Positions 45,612 through 54,968 of a stretch of DNA of 58,056 nt are shown here, in pieces; position 1 is the stretch's first letter, and each line of letters opens with the position of its first letter. A model generated the notes under the pieces. The model was not told the DNA's origin and did no database searches. It saw only the letters and a program-made list of their open reading frames with translations. The position numbers and the translations under genes are program-made. Source of the stretch: a virus (lineage: Duplodnaviria; Caudoviricetes). The DNA lies in IMG/VR virus record IMGVR_UViG_3300030906_000642, positions 1 to 58,056 of that record. One strand, given 5' to 3'.

Positions 45612-48284
45612 TTGTCCCTGTTCGCCGGCAACCAGAGCCCCACCAACGCGCCGATCAACTACACCGGGCTGAACGTCGGCTCGTCGCAGTGGAACGCGCC
45701 TGTCCCGATCTTCTGGGGCATGCGGCGGCTGTCCACCAACGCCGCCTGGTTCGGCAACTTCTCCGCCAAGTCGGAAGGCGGCAAGGGCAAGGGCGGCGGC
45801 GGCAAGGGCGACCAGCAAAAGACCTACACCGCCTCGGTGGTGCTGGGCCTGTGCGAGGGGCCCCTCGACGCCACCGATCCGGTCGGCAACATCTGGGCCA
45901 ACGGCTCGACCACCACCACCACCACCCTGTCGGCCATGAATATGGTCCTGGCCCTCGGTACGACCGAACAGGCGCCCTGGAACTATCTGGTCGACAATTA
46001 CCCCGACGCGGCCCTGGCCTATTCCCAGCTGGCCTACCTGGGCGCCATCAACCTCGGCCTGGGGGAAAGCGCGACGATCCCGGACAACGGGTTCGAGTGC
46101 AAGCGAACCCTGGACTTCGCCTTTGTGAACTCCACCCACGCCAGCGGCTGGATCAACCCCAACTCGCACACCCAGTCGCTGGGCGTCGACTGCCTGATGA
46201 GCGACATCATCCCCGACCTGCTGACCAATGTTCAGTACGGGATGAGCTTCAACGCCGGCGACCTGGGCGACATGACCCAGTACGCCACCTATCAGCGGGC
46301 GCAGGGGATATTCTTCTCGCCGCTACTGAACAGCCAGGAGAAGTGTACCGAGATCCTCGATCGCTGGGCCATGCTGTCCAATGCATGGATCTATTGGGCC
46401 GGGACCGCGATCAATTTCGTGCCCCTGGGCGACAGTGTCGTCACCGGCAATGGCGTCACCTATACCCCCGATGTCGATGTCGCCTATGACCTGGACTACG
46501 ACGACTTCCTGCCCGGCAGCGGCAAGGACGACGGCCCGGTCAAGGTCACCCGCATCGACCCGGCGGACGCCCACAACCGCACCGCCCTGGATTTCACCGA
46601 CCGCACCCTGGCCTACATCGATAACCCGGTCGAATGGAAGGATGACGGCCTTGTCGATCAGTATGGGCTGAGGGACAATTCCAGCACCGAGGCGGACGAA
46701 ATCTGCGACCCGGCGGTGGCCAAGGTCGTGGTGCAGTTGCTGGGCAAGCGCAACGCCTACATCCGCAACACCTACACCTTCAAGACCAGCTGGCGCTTCA
46801 TCCTCTGCGTGCCCGGCACAATCCTAACGCTGACCGAGCCGAATATCGGTCTCGATCATGTCCGGGTGCGGGTTCAGAAGGTTAGCGGCGACGAAAAGGG
46901 CCAGCTCAGCTTCATCTGCGAGGAATTCCCCGGCAACGTCGGCACCTATTATCCGGCGGTGGCGGCCGCGGCGATCACCGCCCCGACCACGCCGATCCTC
47001 AACATCCCGCCCGGCAATGTGAACACGCCGGCGATCATCGAGCCGGACTCATCCTTCACCGCCGGCACCCCCCAGATCATCATCGCCGCATCCGGCGGCG
47101 TCGCCTGGGGCGGCTGCACGGTCAACATCAGCTTCGACGGGGTCAACTACAGTCAGATCGGCGTGATCAACGCCTCAGCCAAACAGGGCCTGCTGACATC
47201 CGCCCTGGCGGCCTATGGCGGGGACAATCCGGACACGGCCGACACCCTGGCCGTGGACTGCACCGAAAGCCTGACCCTGCCAACGCCGGTCAGCAACGAC
47301 GACGCCACGGCCCTGCGGACCCTGTCTCTGGTGGCGGCCCAGCCGACCCTGGTGGGCGACGCCTACGAGGTTCCGAACAATGGCGAGCTGCTGGCGTTCG
47401 GATCGGTCACCTCCACGGCCACCTATGCCGCCAACCTGACCTATCTGCAGCGCGGCGCCTACGGCACCGCGCCGGGCGCGCACGGCGTCGGCGACCAGTT
47501 CACCCTGCTGGACGTCACCGGCACGGACGGGACCTCGGTGGCTTACGATCTGCCGGCCCAGTACATCGGCCAAGTCCTGTATCTGAAACTGGCCTCGTTC
47601 AACGTCTTCGGCCAGGCGTCGCAGGATCTCTCCACCGTCGCGGAATACCAGTACACGCCGACGGGCGCGGGCTTTGGCGGCGGCACGGTCGGCGCGCCGC
47701 TGGAGCCTACCGGATTCGGGCTGCTGGGATCGCCGGGCGCCACCAGCGTGCCGCTGGCCTGGACCGCCAACCAGAGCAGCGACAATGTCACCCGCTACAC
47801 GGTGTGGCGGGCGCCCGGCGCCAGCGCGGCCTTCAGCTCGGCCTCGGAGATCTGGTCGGGGCTGGCCCTGGCCTATACCGACGGCGCGGTGGCGGCCAAC
47901 ACCGCCTATACCTACTTCCTGACCGCCAACAATTCGGTCGGTGGCTCGCCCAACACCGCCGGGGTGAACGCCACCACGAGCGCGTCCATGACCGGCTCGA
48001 CGACTCTCGTCACGGCCGCCTCGTCTCCGCTCAGCCTGGGCGTCGCCCCGGGCCTGACCTGGTACGTCGATGTCAACAACACCGCCGGCGCGCCGTTGCA
48101 GATCAACCTGCCGACCGGAGCCCCGGTGGTCGGCCAGCGGATCGTCATCACCGACGCTGGCGGGAACGCCACCACCAACGCCTTCACTATCAAGGCGGGG
48201 GCCACGACGATCGACACCGTCAATATCAGCAACGGCTGGTCCGTGGTGCGCTGGAACGGGTCGGCCTGGCTGAGGAGCGCGTGA
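45612..48284 (+). CDS. Central tail-tip / host-specificity protein with FN3-like domain
   Basis: TTG start; PVPIFWG, GKGGGGK, GLCEGP, LQRGAYGT, LYLKLASFN, FN3-like LAWTA..YTVWR..YTYFLTA. Confidence 0.85.
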   Translation: MSLFAGNQSPTNAPINYTGLNVGSSQWNAPVPIFWGMRRLSTNAAWFGNFSAKSEGGKGKGGGGKGDQQKTYTASVVLGLCEGPLDATDPVGNIWANGSTTTTTTLSAMNMVLALGTTEQAPWNYLVDNYPDAALAYSQLAYLGAINLGLGESATIPDNGFECKRTLDFAFVNSTHASGWINPNSHTQSLGVDCLMSDIIPDLLTNVQYGMSFNAGDLGDMTQYATYQRAQGIFFSPLLNSQEKCTEILDRWAMLSNAWIYWAGTAINFVPLGDSVVTGNGVTYTPDVDVAYDLDYDDFLPGSGKDDGPVKVTRIDPADAHNRTALDFTDRTLAYIDNPVEWKDDGLVDQYGLRDNSSTEADEICDPAVAKVVVQLLGKRNAYIRNTYTFKTSWRFILCVPGTILTLTEPNIGLDHVRVRVQKVSGDEKGQLSFICEEFPGNVGTYYPAVAAAAITAPTTPILNIPPGNVNTPAIIEPDSSFTAGTPQIIIAASGGVAWGGCTVNISFDGVNYSQIGVINASAKQGLLTSALAAYGGDNPDTADTLAVDCTESLTLPTPVSNDDATALRTLSLVAAQPTLVGDAYEVPNNGELLAFGSVTSTATYAANLTYLQRGAYGTAPGAHGVGDQFTLLDVTGTDGTSVAYDLPAQYIGQVLYLKLASFNVFGQASQDLSTVAEYQYTPTGAGFGGGTVGAPLEPTGFGLLGSPGATSVPLAWTANQSSDNVTRYTVWRAPGASAAFSSASEIWSGLALAYTDGAVAANTAYTYFLTANNSVGGSPNTAGVNATTSASMTGSTTLVTAASSPLSLGVAPGLTWYVDVNNTAGAPLQINLPTGAPVVGQRIVITDAGGNATTNAFTIKAGATTIDTVNISNGWSVVRWNGSAWLRSA

Positions 48285-48289
48285 CGCGC

Positions 48290-49186
48290 ATGGAACACCC
48301 GATGATGCGAACCCGGTTCGTTTTGGCGGTGCTGCTGTGCGCCGCCTCATGCCACACCGTGCCCGCTTACGCCGGCCAGGTCCCGACCCCGGTCAATGCA
48401 CCAGCTTCCGTAACCGCCGGCGACGCGCTAAGCGCCACGTCCAATCCGCAGCAGGCGGCGGACAGCGGTGTCAGCCTGAGCGCTGCGGGGCAGAACAAGG
48501 TCCTTGCCGGCCCATCTTCCGGCGGCGCGGGCGCGGCAGCCTTCCGCGCCCTGACCAACGCGGACATGCCGTCCACCGGCCCCGGCGCCGGCTCGGTCAG
48601 CAGCGTGGGTCTGACCGCGCCGGTGGAGTTCACCGTCAGCGGCGCCCCGGTCACCGCCGCCGGCACCCTGGCGATCGCCAAGGCCACCCAGTCCGCCAAC
48701 AGCATCTGGGCTGGCCCATCTTCCGGCTCCGCCGCGCAACCCGGGTTCCGGGCGCTGGTCTCCGCCGACATGCCGGCCACGGGCGCCGGCAGCGGGACGG
48801 TCATGAATGTCGGCCTGACCAGCTCGTCGACCGCTTTCAGCATCACCGGCTCGCCGGTCACCAGTTCGGGAACCATCACCCTGGGGGTAGCGACCCAGAG
48901 CTCAAACCAGGTGTGGGCGGGTCCGACCTCCGGCTCGCCACTGCGGCCGGCCTTTCGCGCGCTGGTGGCGGCCGATATCCCGTCGCTGGCGACGCTCTAT
49001 GCACCCAGCGCCGTCACCACGGCGACCACGGTCGCGGGGTTGCCCGCGCCTTCCTTGGCGGCCCGTGGCTTCGTCACAGATTCGACCCTGCCGCTCACCG
49101 GAACCAATCTCGGCGCCGCGGTCGTGGGTGGCGGCGCGAACAAGGTCCCCGTCTATTCCGACGCGACCGCCTGGTACATCGGCTGA
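48290..49186 (+). CDS. Fibre-repeat protein with signal peptide
   Basis: MMRTRFVLAVLLCAASCHTVPAYA; three AGP(S/T)SG..FRAL..AD(M/I)P repeats; C-terminal GGGANKVPVYSD..W.IG; exact start uncertain (48281/48290/48302). Confidence 0.72.
   Translation: MEHPMMRTRFVLAVLLCAASCHTVPAYAGQVPTPVNAPASVTAGDALSATSNPQQAADSGVSLSAAGQNKVLAGPSSGGAGAAAFRALTNADMPSTGPGAGSVSSVGLTAPVEFTVSGAPVTAAGTLAIAKATQSANSIWAGPSSGSAAQPGFRALVSADMPATGAGSGTVMNVGLTSSSTAFSITGSPVTSSGTITLGVATQSSNQVWAGPTSGSPLRPAFRALVAADIPSLATLYAPSAVTTATTVAGLPAPSLAARGFVTDSTLPLTGTNLGAAVVGGGANKVPVYSDATAWYIG
48307..48321. repeat. 15-bp palindrome copy 8 (one mismatch: GCGAACCCGGTTCGT)
   Basis: 14/15 match at the start of the fibre gene; read as RTRF. Confidence 0.8.
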
Positions 49187-49196
49187 GGACACTGCC

Positions 49197-50021
49197 ATGA
49201 TCCTGATGATCGCTCCCGCCTCGGGGATGACGTTCGGCGCCATGCCCTCAGGCGCCAGCTACGTCTCCGACCCCTTCGCCCTGGTGCGAATTTTCAACGA
49301 CTCCAGCGCCGACCAGACCGCCCTTGAGGGCGCGGGGTGTTTCACCCTGACGCCCTTCGGCAACTGGGGGAACGCCGGCTTCGTCACCCTGGCGGACCTG
49401 TACGCCGCCGACACCGGGTCGATTCTGCCGGGGATCACCGGCTATCCGATCCACACCGTCGCCACGGTCTTCACCGACCCGACCCTGGCCAACTGCGGCA
49501 CCTGGGCCAAGACCACGACGGGCAATGGCTCCGGCGCCTGGACCCAGGTTTCCACCGAAACCCTGGCCTCGATCGCCACGACCGCAGGCGCCGCCGCGAC
49601 CAGCGCCGCGACCGCCGCGACGACGGCCTCCGCCGCCGCGGCCGCGGCTGGAACATCGGCCGCCACGGCGTCAGGGGCCGCCACCACGGCGACCACGGAA
49701 GCTGGCATAGCGACGACCGCCGCCGGCTCAGCCTCGGCGTCAGCAACCGCGGCCGCCAACGCCGCCGCCGCCGGAACCGGCGGCCAGGTGTTCACGACCC
49801 ACGCCGCCTTTGCCGCCGCGCTGAGTGGTCTCGGGAACGCCAATTATCAGGTGATCGCGGACGAAACCCACGGCGGCGACTGGACCATCTATTCGGTCGC
49901 CAGCCATGCCGCGACCTTCCTGATCGACCTGTCGCCCGGCGGCATGTCGGAGCCCCAGCTGACCTCGCTGTTCAACGCCATGCAGGCCGCCGGCCTGTTC
50001 GCGAACTTCCAAGGGATCTAG
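49197..50021 (+). CDS. Tail-fibre-like protein with Ala/Thr/Ser-rich stalk
   Basis: GAGGA RBS; long AATSAATAATTASAAA region; no clear signal peptide. Confidence 0.65.
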   Translation: MILMIAPASGMTFGAMPSGASYVSDPFALVRIFNDSSADQTALEGAGCFTLTPFGNWGNAGFVTLADLYAADTGSILPGITGYPIHTVATVFTDPTLANCGTWAKTTTGNGSGAWTQVSTETLASIATTAGAAATSAATAATTASAAAAAAGTSAATASGAATTATTEAGIATTAAGSASASATAAANAAAAGTGGQVFTTHAAFAAALSGLGNANYQVIADETHGGDWTIYSVASHAATFLIDLSPGGMSEPQLTSLFNAMQAAGLFANFQGI

Positions 50022-50026
50022 CCCCC

Positions 50027-52279
50027 ATGACCTTTAAGACCGCGCTGGCGGCTTCGGCCGCCCTGATGGTGCTTGCCTGCGCGTCCGCGTCGATGGCGCA
50101 GACAACCACCAACGCCCTGCCGGCCAACGCCGCGCCGCTGCCCACCGACGTGGTTTCCTGTCAGCCGGCGGCGGCGGGGACCACGCCCGGCACCGCCAAA
50201 AAATGCACCCTGGCCCAGGTCGTCTCCGCGACCCCGCCGAGCGCGATGGCCACGGCTTTGCGTCCGCAGAACACCCCGTGGAACGCCAACAATGGCATGA
50301 CCAATTTCGGCGACAGCGTCACGGCCGGTTTCGGCACGACCGTTTTTCCCACCAACGGCTATGCCAACCTGATGGCCGTCGACTTCGTCAATGGGGTCGG
50401 TAAATTCAACAACCTGGGCGTCTCCGGTGACGACGCCGCCGACGTCGCAACCTCGATGTTCACCAACCTGAACCCGACAGATTCCGGCAATCCGATCGTC
50501 ACCGTCATGGACGGGATCAACGACCGGACCAATGACCCGAACAAGCAGGTGGTTTTCCAGCAAATCCTTGGCTCAGGCATCGTCCGCGCGGCGATCTCCA
50601 ACACCAACACCGTGGCGGCGGCCGCGGCCCTGGTGACGGCGGCGGGGGCTTGGTCATCCGACACGACCTTCGCAAATCTGACCGGCGAGACGTCGACCAC
50701 GAACGGTTCGACGCTCACGCTGACGAGCGCTAACTTTCCGGGAGGCGTCTTCTACCTCTACTACCGGATCAACAACAGAGGCGGCACGACCACAGGCGGC
50801 AGTTTCACGGTGTCGGTGGACGGGACTGTCGTCGCCGACACCGTCTCCGGCGCCTCGCCGATCACGACGTTGCCTTTCGGCGGCGCGACCTACCCAAGCA
50901 TTGCGGCGCTTCCAACGGCTCCGGCGCTCGCGCGATTTCCGGTTGCCAGCGGTATCCATACGGTCGTGGTGACGGTGACGTCTCCAACCCTATCAACCAA
51001 CCCGGTCCAAATTCTAGGGTTCGCCATCCCCAACGGCCAGATCGGCGGCCAGAGCGCCCCTCGCGTCGCCGTCGGCGGCACCATCTTTCAGCAGAATGGC
51101 GCCCAGGAGAATTTGCAGGCGCCGATGAACGTCCTGAACCAACAGATGGCGGCCCAATTCGCCGCCGACGGCCTGGACGTTCGCTTCGCCAATGTAAGAG
51201 CCTACATCAATTCCACGACCGACATGGCGTCGGTGGCGACCCAGAATTGCCCCGCCAGCACCGCGCCAGGACTGCACCCCAACGACTGCGGCCATCGGCA
51301 CCTGGCCCAGGCCTTCGAGGACACGATCGCCGCCACCAGCGCTCCGCTCACCCAGCCGCTCAACCTGTCTGGCCTTCCCGTGCCGGCGACGCAAGACTTG
51401 GCGAATGGTCAGACCGTGGACGATGGCACCCACCTGGCTGCCGGCGGCCACTGCGTTTCGACTTTCCTCGGCTATTGCTGGGGCGAGACGATGCTCTTGG
51501 CGGGCGGGCGCTACACCAATATCCTAATGGCCGGCAACACCAGCTCGATGGGCTTCGGCTTCAGCTTTGCCCCTGCGCATCCGACGACGGCTCAGGTCCT
51601 TGCCGGGCTCGCCTACAAGTTCAGCGAGGACAACAGCATGCAGTGGGGCACGGCGGGAGCCGGCGTCACGGCTAATGAGCAATTGCAGCTGGCGCTTGCC
51701 GCCCCCCCGACGTCCCTGTCCGGCTATCATGAGGTGCGCGGTAGCGGCACAAGTTCTTCGGGCCTGATCGGTGGCCTGGATATCGGCGACAGCGGCGTCT
51801 TTGGCGGCATTCACTGGCTGTTCGATACAACCCACAGCGCCTTCGCCTTTGGCGTCTACGCGCCGAACAATGAGAATATCTGCAGCTTTTTCTACCCGTC
51901 CGGAACGACGCCCACCGCCGCGTCGAACTTCACCTGCCCGGACTACGTGACGCCGACGGGGGATCGTGACAGCAATTCATTCACGGCCGCGACGGCTTTC
52001 ATCGCTGGCGGCAGCGCGCCGGCCGGATCAGGATCCTGCTCGATTGGGACCCAGACCGGCGGCAACACCGTGGGCTTCTTCAAGACGCCCAGCGCCTGTT
52101 CGGCGACCACGGCGACCCTGACCTTCAGCAAGACGGCGCCCACCGGCTATGTCTGTCACGTCACCGACATGACCTCGGCCGCCATCGCCCCGCAAACGTC
52201 TTCGTCCCTAACATCCTGCACCGTGAAAATCACCAGCGGCGCGAACGACAATTTCGCCTTCAGCGCGATGGCCGGTTGA
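50027..52279 (+). CDS. Signal-peptide-bearing SGNH/GDSL esterase with Cys-rich beta C-terminus
   Basis: MTFKTALAASAALMVLACASASMA-Q; blocks FGDSVT, NLGVSG, GIND and GLHPND.GH; 12 Cys in the mature part. Confidence 0.82.
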   Translation: MTFKTALAASAALMVLACASASMAQTTTNALPANAAPLPTDVVSCQPAAAGTTPGTAKKCTLAQVVSATPPSAMATALRPQNTPWNANNGMTNFGDSVTAGFGTTVFPTNGYANLMAVDFVNGVGKFNNLGVSGDDAADVATSMFTNLNPTDSGNPIVTVMDGINDRTNDPNKQVVFQQILGSGIVRAAISNTNTVAAAAALVTAAGAWSSDTTFANLTGETSTTNGSTLTLTSANFPGGVFYLYYRINNRGGTTTGGSFTVSVDGTVVADTVSGASPITTLPFGGATYPSIAALPTAPALARFPVASGIHTVVVTVTSPTLSTNPVQILGFAIPNGQIGGQSAPRVAVGGTIFQQNGAQENLQAPMNVLNQQMAAQFAADGLDVRFANVRAYINSTTDMASVATQNCPASTAPGLHPNDCGHRHLAQAFEDTIAATSAPLTQPLNLSGLPVPATQDLANGQTVDDGTHLAAGGHCVSTFLGYCWGETMLLAGGRYTNILMAGNTSSMGFGFSFAPAHPTTAQVLAGLAYKFSEDNSMQWGTAGAGVTANEQLQLALAAPPTSLSGYHEVRGSGTSSSGLIGGLDIGDSGVFGGIHWLFDTTHSAFAFGVYAPNNENICSFFYPSGTTPTAASNFTCPDYVTPTGDRDSNSFTAATAFIAGGSAPAGSGSCSIGTQTGGNTVGFFKTPSACSATTATLTFSKTAPTGYVCHVTDMTSAAIAPQTSSSLTSCTVKITSGANDNFAFSAMAG

Positions 52280-52339
52280 GGCTTTCAGCGTCCTGGATCA
52301 GCGCGCTTACCCGCCGCCCGTGAGCCATTGGAGCCCAGC

Positions 52340-52558
52340 ATGCCCGTCCCCACGCCTCCCGAGGCGCCCGTCGTCGTGTCCTCTGCGCCGCGCCGCTCGG
52401 TGGACACCTATTTGGTGGTGCAGGCTATTGTCGTCCTGATGCTGGGCGCGCTCGCCCTGGCTTTGGTGCTCAAGGGCGACACTAGTCATGCAGCGGAGAT
52501 CGGCGCCGGCCTGATCGGCGCCCTGGCGCTGAACCGCAAGCGGAGCGGCGAGCAATGA
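52340..52558 (+). CDS. Holin candidate (2 TM)
   Basis: Two hydrophobic helices, basic C-terminus, ATGA overlap with the endolysin. Confidence 0.65.
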   Translation: MPVPTPPEAPVVVSSAPRRSVDTYLVVQAIVVLMLGALALALVLKGDTSHAAEIGAGLIGALALNRKRSGEQ

Positions 52559-53007
52559 CCCCGTCCACCGCCTGCGCATCGCTCATCAAGCAGTTCGAGA
52601 CCTGCGGCAAGCCGCTGGGCGACGGCCGCTTCATCGCCTACCTGCCGACGCCACAGGATCGCCCGACCATAGGTTGGGGCACGACCGGACCCGACATCAA
52701 GCTCGGATTGGTCTGGGCCAGGGCCGAGTGCGATGTCCGCTTCGCCGCCGATCTCAAGACCTTCGGGGAGGGGGTGGCTAAGCTGATCACCGGCCCCACC
52801 ACTCAGGCCCAGTACGACGCCATGGTCTGCCTGACCTACAACATCGGCCCGGGCAGCTTCCGCGTCTCGACCCTGCTGCGGATGCATAACGCCGGTGACC
52901 ACGAGGGCGCAGGCGCCCAGTTCGCCGACTGGAACAAGCAGGCCGGCAAGGTCCTAGCTGGACTGACCACCCGCCGCGCCGCAGAGGCCGCGCTGTACCG
53001 CTCCTAA
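52555..53007 (+). CDS. Endolysin, GH24 lysozyme
   Basis: IKQFE..AY..PTIGWGTT, QYDAMVCLTYNIG, STLLR, GLTTRRAAEAALY. Confidence 0.92.
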   Translation: MTPSTACASLIKQFETCGKPLGDGRFIAYLPTPQDRPTIGWGTTGPDIKLGLVWARAECDVRFAADLKTFGEGVAKLITGPTTQAQYDAMVCLTYNIGPGSFRVSTLLRMHNAGDHEGAGAQFADWNKQAGKVLAGLTTRRAAEAALYRS

Positions 53008-53093
53008 CCATCACGCAATCTGGGGACAAAAGCGCCCCTGATCTGACCGGCCAGAAGCCGAGTGGGCCAGAGCGCCCAATCGAAAGCCTACAC

Positions 53094-53321
53094 ATGCCCG
53101 AAGTGAACAGCGCGTCCGACGAGCGGACCGTCAACAACACCATGCGCCACGCCTATCGCGTCCTGAGTGACGACGAGAAGGCCAAGATGCAGGCCATCAA
53201 GGACCAGGGCCTCGCGTTCCACGACTTCATCGCCAGCCTTGGCTCCAGCCGCGAAATCTCGCTGGCCAAGACCAAGGTCGAGGAAGCGGTGATGTGGGCC
53301 GTCAAGCACCTCACGGCCTGA
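53094..53321 (+). CDS. Acb2/Tad1-like cyclic-nucleotide sponge candidate
   Basis: YRVLSDDEKAKMQAIKDQG resembles the Acb2 N-terminal helix; SREISLAKTKVEEAVMWA resembles the Tad1/Acb2 hairpin helix. Confidence 0.7.
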   Translation: MPEVNSASDERTVNNTMRHAYRVLSDDEKAKMQAIKDQGLAFHDFIASLGSSREISLAKTKVEEAVMWAVKHLTA

Positions 53322-53433
53322 GCCCGTCATGTCCCCGGCGGCGACCCTGCCGGGGACCAACCCATCCGCCCCGCTCGTGGGCCGATCCGTGCTGGCCGGA
53401 TGCCGGATAGCAGAAGAACTAGGAGAACCAACC

Positions 53434-53664
53434 ATGCTGACCGCAGGTCCGCTGACCGTGAAACATATCGAGTCGAACGGCTTCGAATCGATCGTGCAGT
53501 CCACCCATGTGAACTTCATTCCGGGCGATACCCAAAACCCGACCGAGCTGATCGCTTTCGGCGTCGCGCAGCCGGTTTCTGATGGCTGCAATCGCTACCG
53601 GAATGGCATCGTCTATGTGATGAACGAGGCCGGCGCGACTGTCGCCAAATACGAGATCGACTGA
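53434..53664 (+). CDS. Small hypothetical phage protein
   Basis: AGGAG RBS; GIVYVMNEAGATVAKY. Confidence 0.65.
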   Translation: MLTAGPLTVKHIESNGFESIVQSTHVNFIPGDTQNPTELIAFGVAQPVSDGCNRYRNGIVYVMNEAGATVAKYEID

Positions 53665-53822
53665 AACGCCGAAGCTGCGCCGGCTGATAGGCGCGGAAGC
53701 TGGGCTCGCCCAGCCGAGCGGGTGGAAGGCCCGCACCTCATCAATCTCCGACCACACCCATCCCGGCGCACCCCGCGCCGAGACGAGGGCCATTGCGCCC
53801 ACAACCTGAAGAGAACCGCACC

Positions 53823-54176
53823 ATGTCCACTACCGAAAACCCCCTGCAGGAAGTCGAAGGCGCCGCCGTGGCGACCTGGGACACCATCAAGAGCAAGCTC
53901 GGCGCGACCTTCGGCGCGCTTGCCACGGTCGGCGCGACCGACGCCGCCTCGGCGATCGGCGCGCTGGGCTCCGCCGCCGTCACCTTCGGCCCGACCCTGC
54001 TGATCCAGGCGGCCGACCTGGTGCAGACCGTCGTCTCCGAAGCCGAGCAGGGCGCGAGCTATGCCGACATCGAGACCGCCGTCCTGAACAAGGCGGAGGC
54101 CGATGGCAAGGCCGACCTGACGGCCATCGAAACCGACGTCTGGCAGGTCCTGATCGGCCTGTTCGCCAAGGCCTGA
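53823..54176 (+). CDS. Acidic Ala-rich helical hypothetical protein
   Basis: 117 aa with phage-like codon usage; followed by a terminator. Confidence 0.65.
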   Translation: MSTTENPLQEVEGAAVATWDTIKSKLGATFGALATVGATDAASAIGALGSAAVTFGPTLLIQAADLVQTVVSEAEQGASYADIETAVLNKAEADGKADLTAIETDVWQVLIGLFAKA

Positions 54177-54239
54177 CCCCTCGGGCGCTCGCGCCCGTCT
54201 CGATGCGGCTGCGCCGGTGGCGGTGCTGGCCGCAGTCGC

Positions 54240-54285
54240 GCGCCCCGGCCTTTCCCTCCCCTGTGAGGCCGGGGCGCAGTTTTTT
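54240..54285 (+). terminator. Intrinsic terminator inside the lysis region
   Basis: gcgccccggcct / aggccggggcgc 12-bp stem followed by agtttttt. Confidence 0.7.
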
Positions 54286-54298
54286 CGAAAGATCACCG

Positions 54299-54961
54299 AT
54301 GACCGACATCCTTGCGCCGGCGGTCTCGCCGTCCAACGCCATCAACGACCCGTCGAAGACCCTGCGGGATTTCGCGCTGGCGGACCTGGCTCAATACACG
54401 CCCGAGCGGACGCCTGACCCCAACGCCAGCAAGGACGTGCAGCTGTTCCTGGTCGGCAAGGATGACGTGCACGATGTGCTAAAGCACCTGCTCAGCCGCG
54501 CCTCGATCTGCATCCACCTCAATATGTTCGGCTATGACGATGAAGAGCTGAACACGATCCTCATGGCCAAGGCCATGGACCCGAACGTCTATGTGTTCAT
54601 CACCCTGGACCTGAGCCAGGCCGGCGGAAAGCACGAGGCGGCGCTGATCGCCCTCGATCGCCAGATGAACCTCGCCGCGTTCAACACCCACTTCGCGATC
54701 GGTCAGTCCGCGACACATTCCATCAGCCACACCAAAGGCGCCGTGCTTGACAACCGCGTCGTGTTCCAGGGCTCGGTCAACTGGTCCAGGGACGGGGAGG
54801 GGACCTTCGTCACCCGGGGCCAGCCCGGCGGCGTTGGCTACAAGGCCCAGAACAATACCCTGGACGTCATCCTCGACCTGGGTATTGCCGCGCGCTTCCA
54901 GGCCAGGCTGAGCGACGAACACCTGATCGCCGTCAAACAGCAACTGGCGAAGGCGGCCTGA
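54299..54961 (+). CDS. Phospholipase D superfamily protein (single HKD; Nuc/MitoPLD-like)
   Basis: SHTKGAVLDNRVVFQGSVNWS = HxKxxxxD..GSxN; QNN; no signal peptide. Confidence 0.85.
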   Translation: MTDILAPAVSPSNAINDPSKTLRDFALADLAQYTPERTPDPNASKDVQLFLVGKDDVHDVLKHLLSRASICIHLNMFGYDDEELNTILMAKAMDPNVYVFITLDLSQAGGKHEAALIALDRQMNLAAFNTHFAIGQSATHSISHTKGAVLDNRVVFQGSVNWSRDGEGTFVTRGQPGGVGYKAQNNTLDVILDLGIAARFQARLSDEHLIAVKQQLAKAA

Positions 54962-54968
54962 TCGCGCC

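Noticed and set aside
45612-52279. Diversity-generating retroelement or invertible tail-fibre switch
   Set aside because: No reverse transcriptase, invertase, TR/VR pair or flanking inverted repeats were seen; the repeats in 48290..49186 are diverged protein repeats.
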